From positions 1 through 64,000 of the forward strand of contig JAJVIM010000042.1 in NCBI GenBank assembly GCA_022071955.1: a stretch of DNA of 64,000 bases, in the 5' to 3' direction. Within the stretch, counting starts at the first letter, position 1. Each line of letters starts with the position of its first letter. The notes below the pieces were generated by a model. It did not search any database. It was not told the DNA's origin and saw only the letters and a program-made list of their open reading frames with translations. The DNA is from Anaerolineae bacterium (lineage in GTDB: Bacteria; Chloroflexota; Anaerolineae; 4572-78; J111). A program made the position numbers and the translations under genes. Shown here piece by piece: positions 1 to 10,457 of the stretch.

Positions 1-1
1 G

Positions 2-127
2 GGAGACAGTATCAACCTGAAAGTGCAGTTGATTGTGCCGGTGGCGTTGGAAGACGGGTCGAAGTTTGCCATCCGCGAAGGTGGTCGGACCGTTGGCGCC
101 GGGATTATCACCAAAATTATCCAATAA
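2..127 (+). CDS. tuf: Elongation factor Tu, C-terminal fragment (5' truncated by window edge)
   Basis: Translation ...[20 protein letters not shown] matches the conserved EF-Tu C-terminus; in-frame stop at 125-127; followed by rpmG-secE-nusG, the canonical context. Confidence 0.9.
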   Translation, partial: GDSINLKVQLIVPVALEDGSKFAIREGGRTVGAGIITKIIQ

Positions 128-193
128 GCTGACTGGTTGAGTAGACCAGGGTAAATTTTGACGCTGGTTTTATCAGAAAGGAGTCTGAGGGTG

Positions 194-228
194 GAGAAGA
201 CACTCGACGTCTTCTCACCCTCTTTTTA
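194..228 (+). terminator. Rho-independent terminator after tuf
   Basis: Inverted repeat GAGAAGAC...GTCTTCTC (194-216) followed by a T-run CTCTTTTT. Confidence 0.6.
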
Positions 229-235
229 ATGAACT

Positions 236-400
236 ATGGCTAAAAAAGCGATTCGAATTGTAAGCACGCTGGCTTGTACCGAATGTGGCGAACGCAATTA
301 CACCACCGAGAAAAACCGACGGAATGACCCAAGCCGCATGGAATTGAAAAAGTATTGTCCGCGGTGCCGAGTTCATCGGTTGCATCGTGAAACCAAGTAA
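236..400 (+). CDS. rpmG: 50S ribosomal protein L33
   Basis: 54-aa [27 protein letters not shown]...[14 protein letters not shown] with a C4 zinc ribbon; below the ORF-track size cutoff but read directly; tuf-rpmG-secE synteny. Confidence 0.85.
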   Translation: MAKKAIRIVSTLACTECGERNYTTEKNRRNDPSRMELKKYCPRCRVHRLHRETK

Positions 401-411
401 GGGGATTTAGG

Positions 412-723
412 GTGGCAAAGTCAAAATCACGTCCGGTCACAACCGGTTCCAACAACGAACCGAATGTAATTGTAAAGTATTTTCTTGATACGCGTGCTGA
501 ATTGCGCCGGGTAACCTGGCCAACCCGCGATGAAACAAAAAACCTGACGCTAATCATCGTGGCGGTCACCCTGGTTATGGCCTTTTTTCTGGGTGCCCTG
601 GATTATATCTTCCAGATTGTAGTGGCCGGTATTGTCGGTGGCGACTGGATTAGAATTGGTATTGCGGTTGTGTTGTTTATTGCGGGTACTGCAGCATTTT
701 ACTACAACAGCCAGGAAGTATAG
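412..723 (+). CDS. secE: Preprotein translocase subunit SecE (GTG start)
   Basis: 103 aa, single C-terminal TM helix, position between rpmG and nusG. Confidence 0.8.
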   Translation: MAKSKSRPVTTGSNNEPNVIVKYFLDTRAELRRVTWPTRDETKNLTLIIVAVTLVMAFFLGALDYIFQIVVAGIVGGDWIRIGIAVVLFIAGTAAFYYNSQEV

Positions 724-756
724 TCAGTCGGTTTGATTGAGTTGAGAGAAGGTTAT

Positions 757-1422
757 ATGGCTGAAAAGTTGAAAAAGAGCGCCAAAAAAGCCGATAAGCC
801 GGTTGTAGAGCCTGCTGTTGAAACAGACGTGAATGATGTTGTTGACGAGGATGCGCTGGACAGCGATGATGGCGGCTCCCAGGAACAAGAAAAACCTTCT
901 GGCACCGAATGGTATGTCGTTCACAGTTACTCCGGTTACGAAAACAAGGTTGAAAAGAACCTGAGGCATCGCATTGATTCGATGGGGATGCAGAATAAAA
1001 TCTTTCAGGTAGTTGTTCCAACCGAGGAAGAAGTAGAGCTGAAAGATGGCCATCGCCGCACGATTGAGCGCCGCGTTTTCCCGGGTTACATCCTGGTAGA
1101 AATGATCCTGGATGAGGACTCGTGGTACGTGGTGCGCAATACACCCGGTGTAACAGGTTTTGTCGGTTCCGGTAATAAACCCACACCGCTTCGCCCTGAC
1201 GAAGTTGATAAAATTCTCAAACGGATGGAAGCCGAAGCGCCCAAAATTAAGGTCAGCTTCAAAGTTGGTGAAAAAGTTCGGATTGTTGAAGGCCCGTTTG
1301 AAGATTTTATGGGCACCGTCGATGAAATTGACCTTGACCGGGGGCGGGTGCGCGTGTTGGTAAACTTCTTTGGACGTGAAACGCCCATCGAGCTTGACTT
1401 TTTACAGGTAGAACGTGCCTGA
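757..1422 (+). CDS. nusG: Transcription termination/antitermination factor NusG (with acidic N-terminal extension)
   Basis: NGN and KOW regions (WYVVHSYSGYENKV..., KVGEKVRIVEGPFEDFMGTVDEID); ATG at 757 preceded by GAGAAGG; the upstream in-frame ORF start at 733 lacks an RBS. Confidence 0.9.
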   Translation: MAEKLKKSAKKADKPVVEPAVETDVNDVVDEDALDSDDGGSQEQEKPSGTEWYVVHSYSGYENKVEKNLRHRIDSMGMQNKIFQVVVPTEEEVELKDGHRRTIERRVFPGYILVEMILDEDSWYVVRNTPGVTGFVGSGNKPTPLRPDEVDKILKRMEAEAPKIKVSFKVGEKVRIVEGPFEDFMGTVDEIDLDRGRVRVLVNFFGRETPIELDFLQVERA

Positions 1423-1449
1423 TAGGGAAATTATTGGGAAGGATTGAAA

Positions 1450-1875
1450 ATGGCTAAAAAAGTAAAAGCTATTGTAAAATTGCAGATTCCGGCCGGTAAG
1501 GCCAACCCGGCTCCGCCCGTTGGTACCGCTTTGGGGCCGCATCAGATTAACATTATGGCGTTTTGTAAAGAATACAACGCCAGAACCCAGGGCCAGATTG
1601 GGTCGATTATCCCGGCCGAAGTGACCATTTACACCGATCAAACGTTTTCGTTTGTCACCAAATCGCCGCCCGTGAGCGACCTGTTGAAAAAAGCCGCCGG
1701 CCTGCCCAAAGGTTCTGGCGTGCCCAACCGCAACAAGGTTGGCAAAATTTCACGCTCGCAGGTGCGCGAAATCGCCCAGTCTAAAATGCAAGACCTCAAC
1801 GCCATTGACGTAGAGGGCGCTATGCGGCAGATCGAAGGGTCTGCCCGCAGCATGGGTATTGTCATAGAAGATTAA
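1450..1875 (+). CDS. rplK: 50S ribosomal protein L11
   Basis: [25 protein letters not shown]... typical L11; RBS GGAAGGA. Confidence 0.9.
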   Translation: MAKKVKAIVKLQIPAGKANPAPPVGTALGPHQINIMAFCKEYNARTQGQIGSIIPAEVTIYTDQTFSFVTKSPPVSDLLKKAAGLPKGSGVPNRNKVGKISRSQVREIAQSKMQDLNAIDVEGAMRQIEGSARSMGIVIED

Positions 1876-1935
1876 TTGTTGCCATTTATGTGGGAGGGTT
1901 GAAAAACCCGTAATCACCACCTTTAGGAGGATAAC

Positions 1936-2649
1936 ATGCCTAAACGAGGCAAAAAGTATTTAGAAGCAGCAAAATTGATTGAACCCCAAAAGTTTTACAC
2001 GCCGGAAGAAGCTGTCGATCTGGTCAAACAGACGTCTTACGCCAAATTTGACGCCACCATTGAGGCCCACTTGCGCATGGGGTTAGACCCGCGCAAAGCC
2101 GACCAGCAAATTCGCTCGACGGTGCAGTTGCCCAACGGTACCGGTAATATTGTCCGTATCCTGGTATTTGCCGAAGGCGAAGACCAGAAAGCGGCACTGG
2201 ACGCGGGCGCCGATTTTGCCGGCACCGACGAGTACGTGCAGAAAATTCAGGGCGGCTGGTTTGAGTTTGATGTATCGGTGGCTACGCCCAATGTGATGTC
2301 TAAAGTTGGCCGGCTGGGTAAAGTGCTCGGCCCGCGGGGGTTGATGCCCAGCCCCAAAGCCGGTACAGTTGTCCCCGGCGAAGACATTGGCCGGGTAGTG
2401 AGCGAACTGAAAGCCGGCCGGGTGGAGTTTCGGCTCGATAGAACGGCTAATGTCCATGTGCCTATTGGCAAAGCCAACTTCACCAAAGAGGCGTTGCTGG
2501 AAAATCTGGCTTCGCTCATGGAAGCCATTGTTCAGGCCAAACCAAATGCGGCCAAAGGGATTTACATCAGACGAGTGACTCTGGCTGCGACAATAGGGCC
2601 TGGGGTTAAAGTAGACGCAACTCAAGCCTCGGCGCTGAAGGTTGCCTAA
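1936..2649 (+). CDS. rplA: 50S ribosomal protein L1
   Basis: Sequence similarity across the full length; strong RBS TAGGAGGATAAC before the ATG. Confidence 0.9.
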   Translation: MPKRGKKYLEAAKLIEPQKFYTPEEAVDLVKQTSYAKFDATIEAHLRMGLDPRKADQQIRSTVQLPNGTGNIVRILVFAEGEDQKAALDAGADFAGTDEYVQKIQGGWFEFDVSVATPNVMSKVGRLGKVLGPRGLMPSPKAGTVVPGEDIGRVVSELKAGRVEFRLDRTANVHVPIGKANFTKEALLENLASLMEAIVQAKPNAAKGIYIRRVTLAATIGPGVKVDATQASALKVA

Positions 2650-2858
2650 ACGCACAAAAACGCAGTCTCACTAAAAACTGAATTGTTGGATACCCAAGAC
2701 AGCAGGTGCGGATAACGCTCAATTGGTAACACAGCCTGCCGAGGTAGATGCTTAGATAGTTAAGGTGCGTGCAGTTTATTGCATGCTGCCTGCTTAAAAA
2801 AGTCTCTGCCTTGGTGTGGCAGAGACTTTTTGATTTTTTGAGAAAGGAGGGAAAAAAC
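2650..2858 (+). promoter_or_regulatory. rplJ (L10) leader region
   Basis: About 200-nt structured untranslated region between rplA and rplJ, the position of the L10(L12)4 autoregulatory leader in bacteria; contains an internal terminator hairpin. Confidence 0.5.
2802..2840 (+). terminator. Attenuator/terminator hairpin within the L10 leader
   Basis: GTCTCTGCC-ttggtgt-GGCAGAGAC followed by TTTTTGATTTTTT. Confidence 0.6.
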
Positions 2859-3401
2859 TTGGCTATAACGCGCGAGAAAAAAGAAGAACTTGTCGCCAGC
2901 TACCTGGAAAAACTTGTTGATTGCGATGGGATCATTATCACCGACTATCGCGGGATGACGGTACCTCAGGTTCAGGCTCTGCGGGCCAAAATTCGTGAAG
3001 CCGAAGGTAGTTATCTGATTGTGAAAAACACCCTGGCCAAACGAGCCTTGCAAGAAGCCGGCTTGCCCAGCGTAGATAAGTTGCTGACAGGGACCATTGG
3101 GATTGGTTTTTGCGCCAAAAACGTTCCTGGCGTGGCCAAAGCAATCACCGATTTTGCCAAAGGCAATGAGGCGATGACGGTTAAAGGCGGGGTAATGGGG
3201 AAATCCGTAATTACCGAAGCCGAAGTCAAACAGCTTGCTTCGCTGCCTTCACTGGAAGTTTTGCGGGCGCAATTGCTGGGCGTGATCAACGCCCCGGCCA
3301 GTCAACTGGTTGGCGTGATTGCAGGCGGCGTGCGGCAGTTGGTCAATGTGGTCAACGCCTACGCCGAAAAAGAAGCCGAACCCGCTGCGGTCGAGGCTTA
3401 A
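2859..3401 (+). CDS. rplJ: 50S ribosomal protein L10 (TTG start)
   Basis: LAITREKKEELVASYLEKLVD... L10; RBS AAAGGAGGG 9 nt upstream of the TTG at 2859; the longer ORF from 2769 has no RBS and overlaps the leader terminator. Confidence 0.85.
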   Translation: MAITREKKEELVASYLEKLVDCDGIIITDYRGMTVPQVQALRAKIREAEGSYLIVKNTLAKRALQEAGLPSVDKLLTGTIGIGFCAKNVPGVAKAITDFAKGNEAMTVKGGVMGKSVITEAEVKQLASLPSLEVLRAQLLGVINAPASQLVGVIAGGVRQLVNVVNAYAEKEAEPAAVEA

Positions 3402-3452
3402 TGTTGAAAATAAACTATCTCATTATAGAAAATACTCAAGGAGTTTATAGTA

Positions 3453-3836
3453 ATGGCAGATCTTGCTAAAATTGTTGAAGAACTGAGCCAGCTTACCGTT
3501 CTGGAAGCGGCCGAACTGACCAAAATGTTGGAAGAAAAATGGGGCGTAAGCGCCGCCGCTCCGGTTGCAGCAATGGCTGCGATGCCGGTTGCCGCTGCCG
3601 CGGTTGAAGAAGTTGAAGAAAAAACCGAATTTGACGTTACCCTGAAAGATGTTGGGGCCAAGAAAATTCAGGTTATTAAAGCCGTGCGCACCCTGCGCTC
3701 TGACCTGGGCCTGAAAGAAGCCAAAGACCTGGTTGATGGCGCTCCGGCCAAAGTGATGGAAGGCGTGTCCAAAGAAGTTGCCGAAGACGCCAAAGCCAAA
3801 CTGGAAGCCGAAGGCGCTGTGGCTGAAATCAGCTAA
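3453..3836 (+). CDS. rplL: 50S ribosomal protein L7/L12
   Basis: [32 protein letters not shown]..., Ala-rich hinge, conserved C-terminal domain. Confidence 0.9.
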   Translation: MADLAKIVEELSQLTVLEAAELTKMLEEKWGVSAAAPVAAMAAMPVAAAAVEEVEEKTEFDVTLKDVGAKKIQVIKAVRTLRSDLGLKEAKDLVDGAPAKVMEGVSKEVAEDAKAKLEAEGAVAEIS

Positions 3837-3862
3837 CCTGCCCGGTTACTGCCGCAAAAATA

Positions 3863-3898
3863 AAAAGAGCCGTATCTTTGCGATGCGGCTCTTTTTTA
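3863..3898. terminator. Bidirectional rho-independent terminator between convergent rplL and the GMPP/PMM gene
   Basis: AGAGCCGTATCTTTGCGATGCGGCTCT palindrome flanked by an A-run (5') and a T-run (3'). Confidence 0.65.
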
Positions 3899-6397
3899 TT
3901 CCATCGGGGATATTTTTTCAATCACCTGCGCGTATTCGTCGGCCAGCGCTTCGGCTTCGGCCTGCGAGTCGGCTTCGGTGGTAACGCGGAAGTAGGGCTG
4001 GTCGGGGTCGGGTACAATCAGCACCCAGCGATCGGCTCCCAAATTCACTTTAACGCCGTGTTCGGTTTGGTTGGCGTAGTGATCAAACTTTTCGCTGATG
4101 AGCCGCATCACTTTGGGTTTTGCTTCCCAAATGCAGGATACGCGGCGGTCGGCGATGTGATACGGCGGCAAATTGAGCGCCACATCGCTGATCAACACAT
4201 TTTGGGTGGCCAAAAATTCCAGCAATTTGGCTACGGCCATCATTCCGTCAAACGCGCATTGAAAATCGGGGAAGATAAAGTTGCCCCGGCCGTTGCCGCC
4301 CATAATAACATTGTTGGCATACGTTGCCTGGAGTAAGGCATCAGATTCCATGTCGGTGCGGATAATGCGCCCGCCGTGTCGTTTGGCGATCTTTTCAAAA
4401 ATATTGGGCAAATTGACCGGAATAGCGATGGCGCTGCCCGGCGCATCGCGCAGAGCCAGTTCGGTCATTACCGCGCAGGCCGTAATTCCTTTGAGCAGCG
4501 TGCCGCGGTCGTCAACCACCACAATTCTTTCACCGCCCGGCTCAAGGTGAACGCCTAATTGAGCGCCCAGCGCCGTGGTAATTAGCTGCATTTGTTTGAG
4601 CGTTTTTTGAAATTGCGATTGATCAACAAATGAATTGGTAACATCGACGCTGGCGTTTAAGGCCACTACGTTGCATTTGAGCTGCTCCAATATTACCGGC
4701 AATACAGTGGCAATGGGCGCGTCTGAATAGTTGACCACCAAATTAAAAGAGTTATTCTGGATTGCTTTGGTGTTGAGGTGTTTGAGAAAGTCCTCAATGT
4801 AACGTTCGCGCACCCGCTCGGCGTAATCAATGCTGCCAATATCATCCAGATACACGCGTCGGAAATCTTCTCTGAAAAAGATGCGTTCAATATTGCGCTC
4901 GGCATTTTTGCTGAGATTCATGCCCTCGCGGTCCATAAAACGGATGTCTACCACCCGCTGGTCAAAGGGCGATAACCGCACGTGAACGCCGCCTTCGGCG
5001 TTGCTGATTTTGGTGTAATACCGGGCCACCGGGATAGGCTGGCTGCCCAAATCCCAGGCGTTTACTCCCGCCGAAGGCAACCCGGAAATGATGGCGCGTT
5101 TAATCATACGCGGGCTGCGGTGCATATCGCGGTTGATGGTTACAATTGACCCTCTGGGCAGGGTGGCGCCAAACGCCGCCCCCAGTTTGGCGCTGAATTC
5201 CGGCGTTAAATCAATGTTGACCACGCCGGTAACGCCGTAGCGGCCAAACAGCACCCGTCGTCCCTGCGACCCCCAGATTATGCTGCTGTTGACAATTGCG
5301 CCCGGTTCAACTTCTTTGCCCGGCCAAATTTTAACGCTGGGGTGGATAACCGCCCCTTCGCCAATGATGGTGCCATCGCCAATAACGGCGCTTTCAAAAA
5401 CGGTGGCGTATGATTTGAGGCTGCACTGGCGCAGCACAATCGCGCCGCTGGTTTGCACCCGTTCGCCAATGTAACAGTTGCGCCACAAAATTGAGCGGTC
5501 AATCTGGGCTTCGTTGTCAACAACCGTGTAATCTCTGATCACGGTTGGCCCCAAAATTACGGCGCCGCTTTTAATCTGCACCGAATTGCCCAGGTAAATT
5601 GGTCCTTTTAAATAGGCGGTTGAGGCAATTTCAACATCCTGCCCGGCCCAGATGCCATCGCCTATAGAATTGCCCAGGTCCATCCCCTCAATCTGCCCCT
5701 CGAGCGCATTGGCCGTGGCCCGAATATATTCGGTAATGTTGCCAACATCGCACCAGTAGCCATCAGCAATAAACCCGTGCAGCGGGTAACCGCGTTCGTG
5801 CAGCATTCTGAACAGGTCTTTGGCAAAATCAAAGGGGGTGTTGGGCGGCACATAATCCAGAATTTCCGGCTCCAGCATGTAAATGCCGGTGTTTACATAA
5901 TCAGACATTACGTTGCCGCGGCTGGGTTTTTCTTGAAAACGGGTAATGTGGCCGCTGCTGTTAATGGTAATCACCCCGTACTCAACCGGGTTAGAAACAT
6001 TGTACAACGCCAGCGTGGCCAGGGTGTTGGCGTTTTTGTGGTAATCGTGCAGTTTGGTCAGATTAAAGTTGGTCAGCGCGTCGCCGCTGATCACCAAAAA
6101 CGTATCGTCCAAAAATTCCTGGGCATTTTTAACGCTGCCGGCTGTGCCCAGCGGCGTTTCTTCAACACTGTAGTGGATTTTCATGCCGATACTGGAGCCA
6201 TCGCCAAAGTAATCCTGGATAAAATCGGCCAGGTACTGCACGGTGACCACCACCTCGGTGATATCGTGCTTTTTGAGCAAATCCAGAATATGCCCCATGA
6301 CCGGCTTGTTAACAATGGGGATCATGGGTTTGGGTCTTTGTATGGTTAGCGGGCGCAAGCGAGACCCTGCACCACCGGCCATAACAACCGCTTTCAT
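3896..6397 (-). CDS. Bifunctional mannose-1-phosphate guanylyltransferase (N-terminal nucleotidyltransferase plus left-handed beta-helix) / phosphomannomutase (C-terminal PGM/PMM)
   Basis: N-terminus [18 protein letters not shown] (G-x-G-x-R NTP-transferase motif), hexapeptide-repeat region, C-terminal phosphohexomutase-like region; start at 6397 supported by RBS GGAGAA, whereas the ORF-track start at 6517 has none. Confidence 0.8.
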   Translation of the reverse strand: MKAVVMAGGAGSRLRPLTIQRPKPMIPIVNKPVMGHILDLLKKHDITEVVVTVQYLADFIQDYFGDGSSIGMKIHYSVEETPLGTAGSVKNAQEFLDDTFLVISGDALTNFNLTKLHDYHKNANTLATLALYNVSNPVEYGVITINSSGHITRFQEKPSRGNVMSDYVNTGIYMLEPEILDYVPPNTPFDFAKDLFRMLHERGYPLHGFIADGYWCDVGNITEYIRATANALEGQIEGMDLGNSIGDGIWAGQDVEIASTAYLKGPIYLGNSVQIKSGAVILGPTVIRDYTVVDNEAQIDRSILWRNCYIGERVQTSGAIVLRQCSLKSYATVFESAVIGDGTIIGEGAVIHPSVKIWPGKEVEPGAIVNSSIIWGSQGRRVLFGRYGVTGVVNIDLTPEFSAKLGAAFGATLPRGSIVTINRDMHRSPRMIKRAIISGLPSAGVNAWDLGSQPIPVARYYTKISNAEGGVHVRLSPFDQRVVDIRFMDREGMNLSKNAERNIERIFFREDFRRVYLDDIGSIDYAERVRERYIEDFLKHLNTKAIQNNSFNLVVNYSDAPIATVLPVILEQLKCNVVALNASVDVTNSFVDQSQFQKTLKQMQLITTALGAQLGVHLEPGGERIVVVDDRGTLLKGITACAVMTELALRDAPGSAIAIPVNLPNIFEKIAKRHGGRIIRTDMESDALLQATYANNVIMGGNGRGNFIFPDFQCAFDGMMAVAKLLEFLATQNVLISDVALNLPPYHIADRRVSCIWEAKPKVMRLISEKFDHYANQTEHGVKVNLGADRWVLIVPDPDQPYFRVTTEADSQAEAEALADEYAQVIEKISPME

Positions 6398-6749
6398 AGG
6401 GGATATTCTCCTGACAAGAGTGGCGAAAAAATCAGCTTGATGCATGATACCACAAACCGGTTTAACCGTAAACCGACCGCTGCCCAAAAAGTGACACGAT
6501 TTGGCAAAAGTGGCCACGACGCAGCTTCACAAATGGACATGGCCGGTTACTCGACCCCGTTTTGAGTAATATTGATGGTCAACTAACATTTTATTAGAGC
6601 TAACCATTAGCGAATCACGCCGGAGAACCAGCGGAGCGAGTGAACAATCGAACCGGTTTTTTTGCCGGTGCGCCCAACGGTTTTGGCTGCAATTTGACAA
6701 ACAGGTAAAAAATCGGACAATTTTGTCTACACCTAACTGTGAGGATGCT

Positions 6750-7355
6750 ATGAAACGTTACAAATCCACAAGTTTTATCGCACTGATGTTATTATTGCTG
6801 GGGTTGTTGAGCAGTGCCTGTGCCTCCACCTACGAATATTCTGGCACCGTGTTTGATCCGCCGCTGGCGCTCACTGATTTTGAATTGCAGGATATGAATG
6901 AACAGCCGTTTCATTTAAGTGATGTGCAGGGCGATGTCGTGCTGTTGTTTTTTGGCTACACCTTTTGCCCCGATGTCTGCCCCCTGACTCTGGCCGATGT
7001 CAAAACGGCGTTGGTTGATTTTGACCAGCGTGATCGGGTGAAAGTGATATTTGTGACCGTAGACCCCGACCGGGACACCCCCGAAGCGATGCGCGATTAT
7101 CTGGGCCATTTTGACCCGGAATTTATCGGCCTGACCGACGACTACGCTAAAACTCAGGAAGTGATGAAACAATTTGGGGCCTATGCTGAAAAAGAAAAAG
7201 TCAGCAACTCGGCGGCCGGTTATCTGGTTAATCACACCGCCCGGTTGTATTTGATCAACCCCCAACAGCAACTGCTGCTCACTTACCCCTTTGGGTTTGA
7301 GGCGGAGGGATTGCAGGCCGATCTGGCTCATTTGCTGGCCAACAGCGGCACGTGA
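6750..7355 (+). CDS. SCO1/SenC family copper chaperone (thioredoxin-like lipoprotein)
   Basis: CPDVCP (CxxxC) motif, lipobox LSSAC, RBS GAGGA before the ATG at 6750. Confidence 0.8.
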   Translation: MKRYKSTSFIALMLLLLGLLSSACASTYEYSGTVFDPPLALTDFELQDMNEQPFHLSDVQGDVVLLFFGYTFCPDVCPLTLADVKTALVDFDQRDRVKVIFVTVDPDRDTPEAMRDYLGHFDPEFIGLTDDYAKTQEVMKQFGAYAEKEKVSNSAAGYLVNHTARLYLINPQQQLLLTYPFGFEAEGLQADLAHLLANSGT

Positions 7356-7368
7356 GTTATTCCCGGCG

Positions 7369-8151
7369 ATGAGTTGGCCGTATTTGCAGCGCGGCCGCCG
7401 GCAAAACCCGCCCATCGTGTTTTTGCACGGTTTTATGGGCCGGGGTGCGAACTGGCTGCCGCTGGTTGAACCACTGGCAGGCCACTTTTACTGCCTGCTG
7501 CCAGATTTGCCGGGTCACGGCCGCAACACGCAGTTACCCCTCAATAATCCCCTCAATTTTGATGCCGTAACAGACGCGCTCTTTTCGTTTTTGCACACAG
7601 TGGATACCCTGCCGGCCGGCCTGGTTGGTTATTCGCTGGGCGGGCGGTTGGCCCTTTATTTTGCTGCAAAATACCCCACTGCCGTCTCGGCGCTGGTGCT
7701 GGAGGGCGCCAGCCCCGGCCTGGCCGCCGAACCGGCTCGCCGCGAACGAGCCGCGCTCGATGACCGGCGAGCGGCTGAACTGGTCCAGCTCGGTCTGGCT
7801 GAGTTTGTTGAGCGTTGGTATCAAATGGAACTGTTTGACAGCTTGCGCCGCCAGCCGGAATTGCTGGCCCAAACAAAAGCGCGTCGCCTGCACAACGATG
7901 CGCGCTGGCTGGCCAAAATCATCCGCGAATTGAGTCCGGGGCGGCAGCCAGCGGTGTGGGAGCAGTTGGCGCAGTTGCCCATGCCGGTGCTGCTACTAGC
8001 CGGCACGCTCGATGCCAAATTTACCGCGCTGGCCGGGCAAATGGCGGCGCGCATCCCCCGGGCGCAGGTGCAGATTGTACCAAACGCCGGTCACAACGTC
8101 CACCTGGAACAGCCGGCGGCCTTTACCCACCTGCTCCGCGAATTTTTGTAA
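7369..8151 (+). CDS. Alpha/beta hydrolase, MenH-like
   Basis: HGFMG...GYSLGGRLALYFAAKYP nucleophile elbow; family assignment by motif only. Confidence 0.65.
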   Translation: MSWPYLQRGRRQNPPIVFLHGFMGRGANWLPLVEPLAGHFYCLLPDLPGHGRNTQLPLNNPLNFDAVTDALFSFLHTVDTLPAGLVGYSLGGRLALYFAAKYPTAVSALVLEGASPGLAAEPARRERAALDDRRAAELVQLGLAEFVERWYQMELFDSLRRQPELLAQTKARRLHNDARWLAKIIRELSPGRQPAVWEQLAQLPMPVLLLAGTLDAKFTALAGQMAARIPRAQVQIVPNAGHNVHLEQPAAFTHLLREFL

Positions 8152-8156
8152 GTTGG

Positions 8157-8891
8157 CTACGCCGCCACTTTTTCGCCTTCACCGGCCAGAGCCAGAATTT
8201 CGGCACGGTTAGTGATCACTTTGCGCACCCGGCCATCGAGCATTTGGATGACTTTGTCAACGTGGCGGCACATGCGCAGGTCGTGCGTCACCATAATTCC
8301 GGCCCGGTTCTGCTCGTGGATGAGGTCGGCAAAGGTGCGGACTACCTGAAACGAGCGTTCGGTGTCGAGGCTGGCGGTGGGTTCATCGGCCAGTACCACG
8401 GTGGGGTTGTGGACGAGCGCCCGGGCTATGGCCACGCGCTGCTGCTGCCCGCCAGAAAGCTGCGAGGGCAGGTTGTGCAGCCGTTCGCCCAACCCCAGCC
8501 GGGTGAGCAGTTTTTTGGCCTCGCGCTGTTTTTCTGTGGTGAGCTGGCCGGTCAGTTTGAGGATTAATTCTACATTTTCCAGCGCGGTCAGATAGGGCAG
8601 TAAATTGCTGGCCTGAAAAACAAAGCCAATTTTATGCCCCCGAAATTTGGTGCGCCGGGCATCCTTCATCTGGCCCAGCTCTTCGCCTTCAATCAAAATC
8701 TGGCCTCGATCCGGGCGGAGCAGGCCGGCCAAAATAGCCAGCATCGTGGTTTTGCCGGAGCCGCTGGGGCCAACCAGCGCGGCAAACTCGCCGGCTTCAA
8801 CGTGCAAGGCGACGTCATCCACCGCGCGGATTTCGATGCCGCCGGTGTGGTAAATTTTGGTAACGCCGTGGGTTTCAAGGGCAATTGTCAT
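8157..8891 (-). CDS. ABC transporter ATP-binding protein (MacB/LolD-like)
   Basis: Walker A GPSGSGKTT, signature LSGGQQQRVAIARAL, Walker B VLADEPT; RBS CAGGAGATAACG. Confidence 0.9.
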   Translation of the reverse strand: MTIALETHGVTKIYHTGGIEIRAVDDVALHVEAGEFAALVGPSGSGKTTMLAILAGLLRPDRGQILIEGEELGQMKDARRTKFRGHKIGFVFQASNLLPYLTALENVELILKLTGQLTTEKQREAKKLLTRLGLGERLHNLPSQLSGGQQQRVAIARALVHNPTVVLADEPTASLDTERSFQVVRTFADLIHEQNRAGIMVTHDLRMCRHVDKVIQMLDGRVRKVITNRAEILALAGEGEKVAA

Positions 8892-8903
8892 CGTTATCTC
8901 CTG

Positions 8904-10130
8904 CTATGAGGCCAGTCCCAGGGCCTTGAGCGGCTCGGCCCGGAGCAAAGTAAACACCGACACCAGCCCGCCAATCGGGCCAATTAACAGCAGTAACAGC
9001 ATGGCGCTGCTAACGGCATCGCCCCGGAAAATGATGGGGATGCCCGCCGGCAAAATCAGGGTGAGGGCATAGGTGCCCAGCCCGCCAATCACCACGCCAA
9101 CTACGTTAATCGCCACAATTTGAATAATCGAGGTGGCGGCGATGGCCAAATTTGAAGTGCCAATGGCTTTGAGCATCCCAATTTGGGCCACTTTTTGCAA
9201 CGTTTGAATCTGGAAAAAGCCGCCCAGCACCAGCACCCCGATGATCAGCGTAAATATTTTCTGGGTGTTGAGCGTGCTCTGTTGCGCGGTGTAGCCCGGC
9301 GTGTTTTCATAAGCGGTTTTAATGTCGGCGACCTCAACATCTTTGACCGCGCTTTCCAGCCGACGTTTCATTGTGTCAAAATCAGCGCTGCCATCCGTTT
9401 TAACCGCCATGATGTTAAAAATGTATTCGGCCTGCGGATCGGTGGTGGCGGCGCGCGGTTTGATCTCTTCCCAGGTTTGGTACGGCACAAAAATTGAGGG
9501 CTGGATGGAGTACTTCTGGCTGTCGCTGATACCGACAACTTTCAGCTCGTAAAATTGCTCGTCTGTGCCCACAATGGATTTCACGGTGATGGTTTGCCCT
9601 ACGTTTACCCCGACCTGCCGGGCTACGTTGGCATCGATGACCGCTTCTTTGGCGCGGCGGCTGAGCAGATTTTGACCCCGCTGAGCCACCGGTTCGCCCG
9701 GCTGGCCCGGATCGACGCCAATCAGCGATATTTTGAGTGGCTCAGTGCCGCCGCCAGGCTCAATCGAAGCGTTGCTGAAGCCAACAAAGCCGGTGCCAAC
9801 CACGCTTGGCACGCGCCGGACCTGGCGCATGGTAGACCACCCAATCCGGCTGGACGGGATGGACAGATCGACATTGGCCTGGTAGAGGAGGACGTCGGCA
9901 TTGAGTTTTTCAATATATTCCCGGTTGCCGGTGCCCAAACCTTCGGCCAACCCGGCGATAAACAGCACCAGCGTGGTGATGAGCGCCACTACCAGGCTGA
10001 TCAGCAGATAACGGCCTTTGTTGCGCCAAATATCTTTCCAGGCCAGATAGACCGCGATGGGCATGCCTGCACTTCGGCTGGACCGGCGCGCCGGCAGTAC
10101 TTTACCATAATCCAAACTGTCAACGCGCAT
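8904..10130 (-). CDS. ABC transporter permease, FtsX/MacB family
   Basis: N-terminal TM, large periplasmic domain, C-terminal four-TM FtsX-like region; RBS AAGGAGA supports the start at 10130. Confidence 0.85.
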   Translation of the reverse strand: MRVDSLDYGKVLPARRSSRSAGMPIAVYLAWKDIWRNKGRYLLISLVVALITTLVLFIAGLAEGLGTGNREYIEKLNADVLLYQANVDLSIPSSRIGWSTMRQVRRVPSVVGTGFVGFSNASIEPGGGTEPLKISLIGVDPGQPGEPVAQRGQNLLSRRAKEAVIDANVARQVGVNVGQTITVKSIVGTDEQFYELKVVGISDSQKYSIQPSIFVPYQTWEEIKPRAATTDPQAEYIFNIMAVKTDGSADFDTMKRRLESAVKDVEVADIKTAYENTPGYTAQQSTLNTQKIFTLIIGVLVLGGFFQIQTLQKVAQIGMLKAIGTSNLAIAATSIIQIVAINVVGVVIGGLGTYALTLILPAGIPIIFRGDAVSSAMLLLLLIGPIGGLVSVFTLLRAEPLKALGLAS

Positions 10131-10414
10131 GGGTGGGGGTCTCCTTGTCGCGCATAGAAATGGCAGCGCAGTCCTGCCGGCGGAATAACACTGCTGCTAT
10201 ATTGAGTATTTTGTTTTTGGCACTGCAAATCATTTTTTCCGCCACTTCATCTACTGAACAATCATTGATCCAAGTTTTGTACAATATTTTATCAGGTTTT
10301 GTAGTGAATGTCAAGGAGGTACGGAAGGTAGGTTCGGATAATCGTTGGTTCCTGGATTCGCTTGAAGACACCAGTACCTTTTTACTATGTTAAGGCTTTT
10401 GGGGCCGTTGTAAT

Positions 10415-10457
10415 CTGTTTGTGACAAATGTCACTCTGTTTGTATTACATTTGTCAC
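10415..10457. promoter_or_regulatory. Tandem operator-like element: CTGTTTGT-GACAAATGTCAC / CTGTTTGT-ATTACATTTGTCAC
   Basis: Perfect palindrome GTGACAAATGTCAC (10421-10434) plus a second related half-site copy 21 bp downstream, in a low-GC divergent intergenic region. Confidence 0.4.

Noticed and set aside
128-235. Possible tRNA between tuf and rpmG (a tRNA occupies the tuf-secE region in some bacteria)
   Set aside because: No cloverleaf-compatible sequence or T-loop (GTTCRANYC) motif. The region contains only the tuf terminator hairpin.
5777-6349. 190-aa plus-strand ORF inside the GMPP/PMM gene (other similar antisense or out-of-frame ORFs exist at 9555-10157, 22422-23216, 42172-43236, 47448-48374 and 59144-59665)
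   Set aside because: Embedded in well-supported CDSs on the opposite strand. No RBS, and low-complexity translations typical of spurious high-GC ORFs.
7291-7368. Longer N-terminus for the MenH-like hydrolase (track ORF from 7291)
   Set aside because: Would overlap the SCO1 gene by 65 nt with no RBS. The ATG at 7369 immediately follows the SCO1 stop.
10120-10393. Small ORFs (83 and 86 aa, both strands) in the AT-rich intergenic region upstream of the ABC permease
   Set aside because: Overlap the permease start and RBS, no SD, and no motifs. The region is better explained as promoter/operator DNA.
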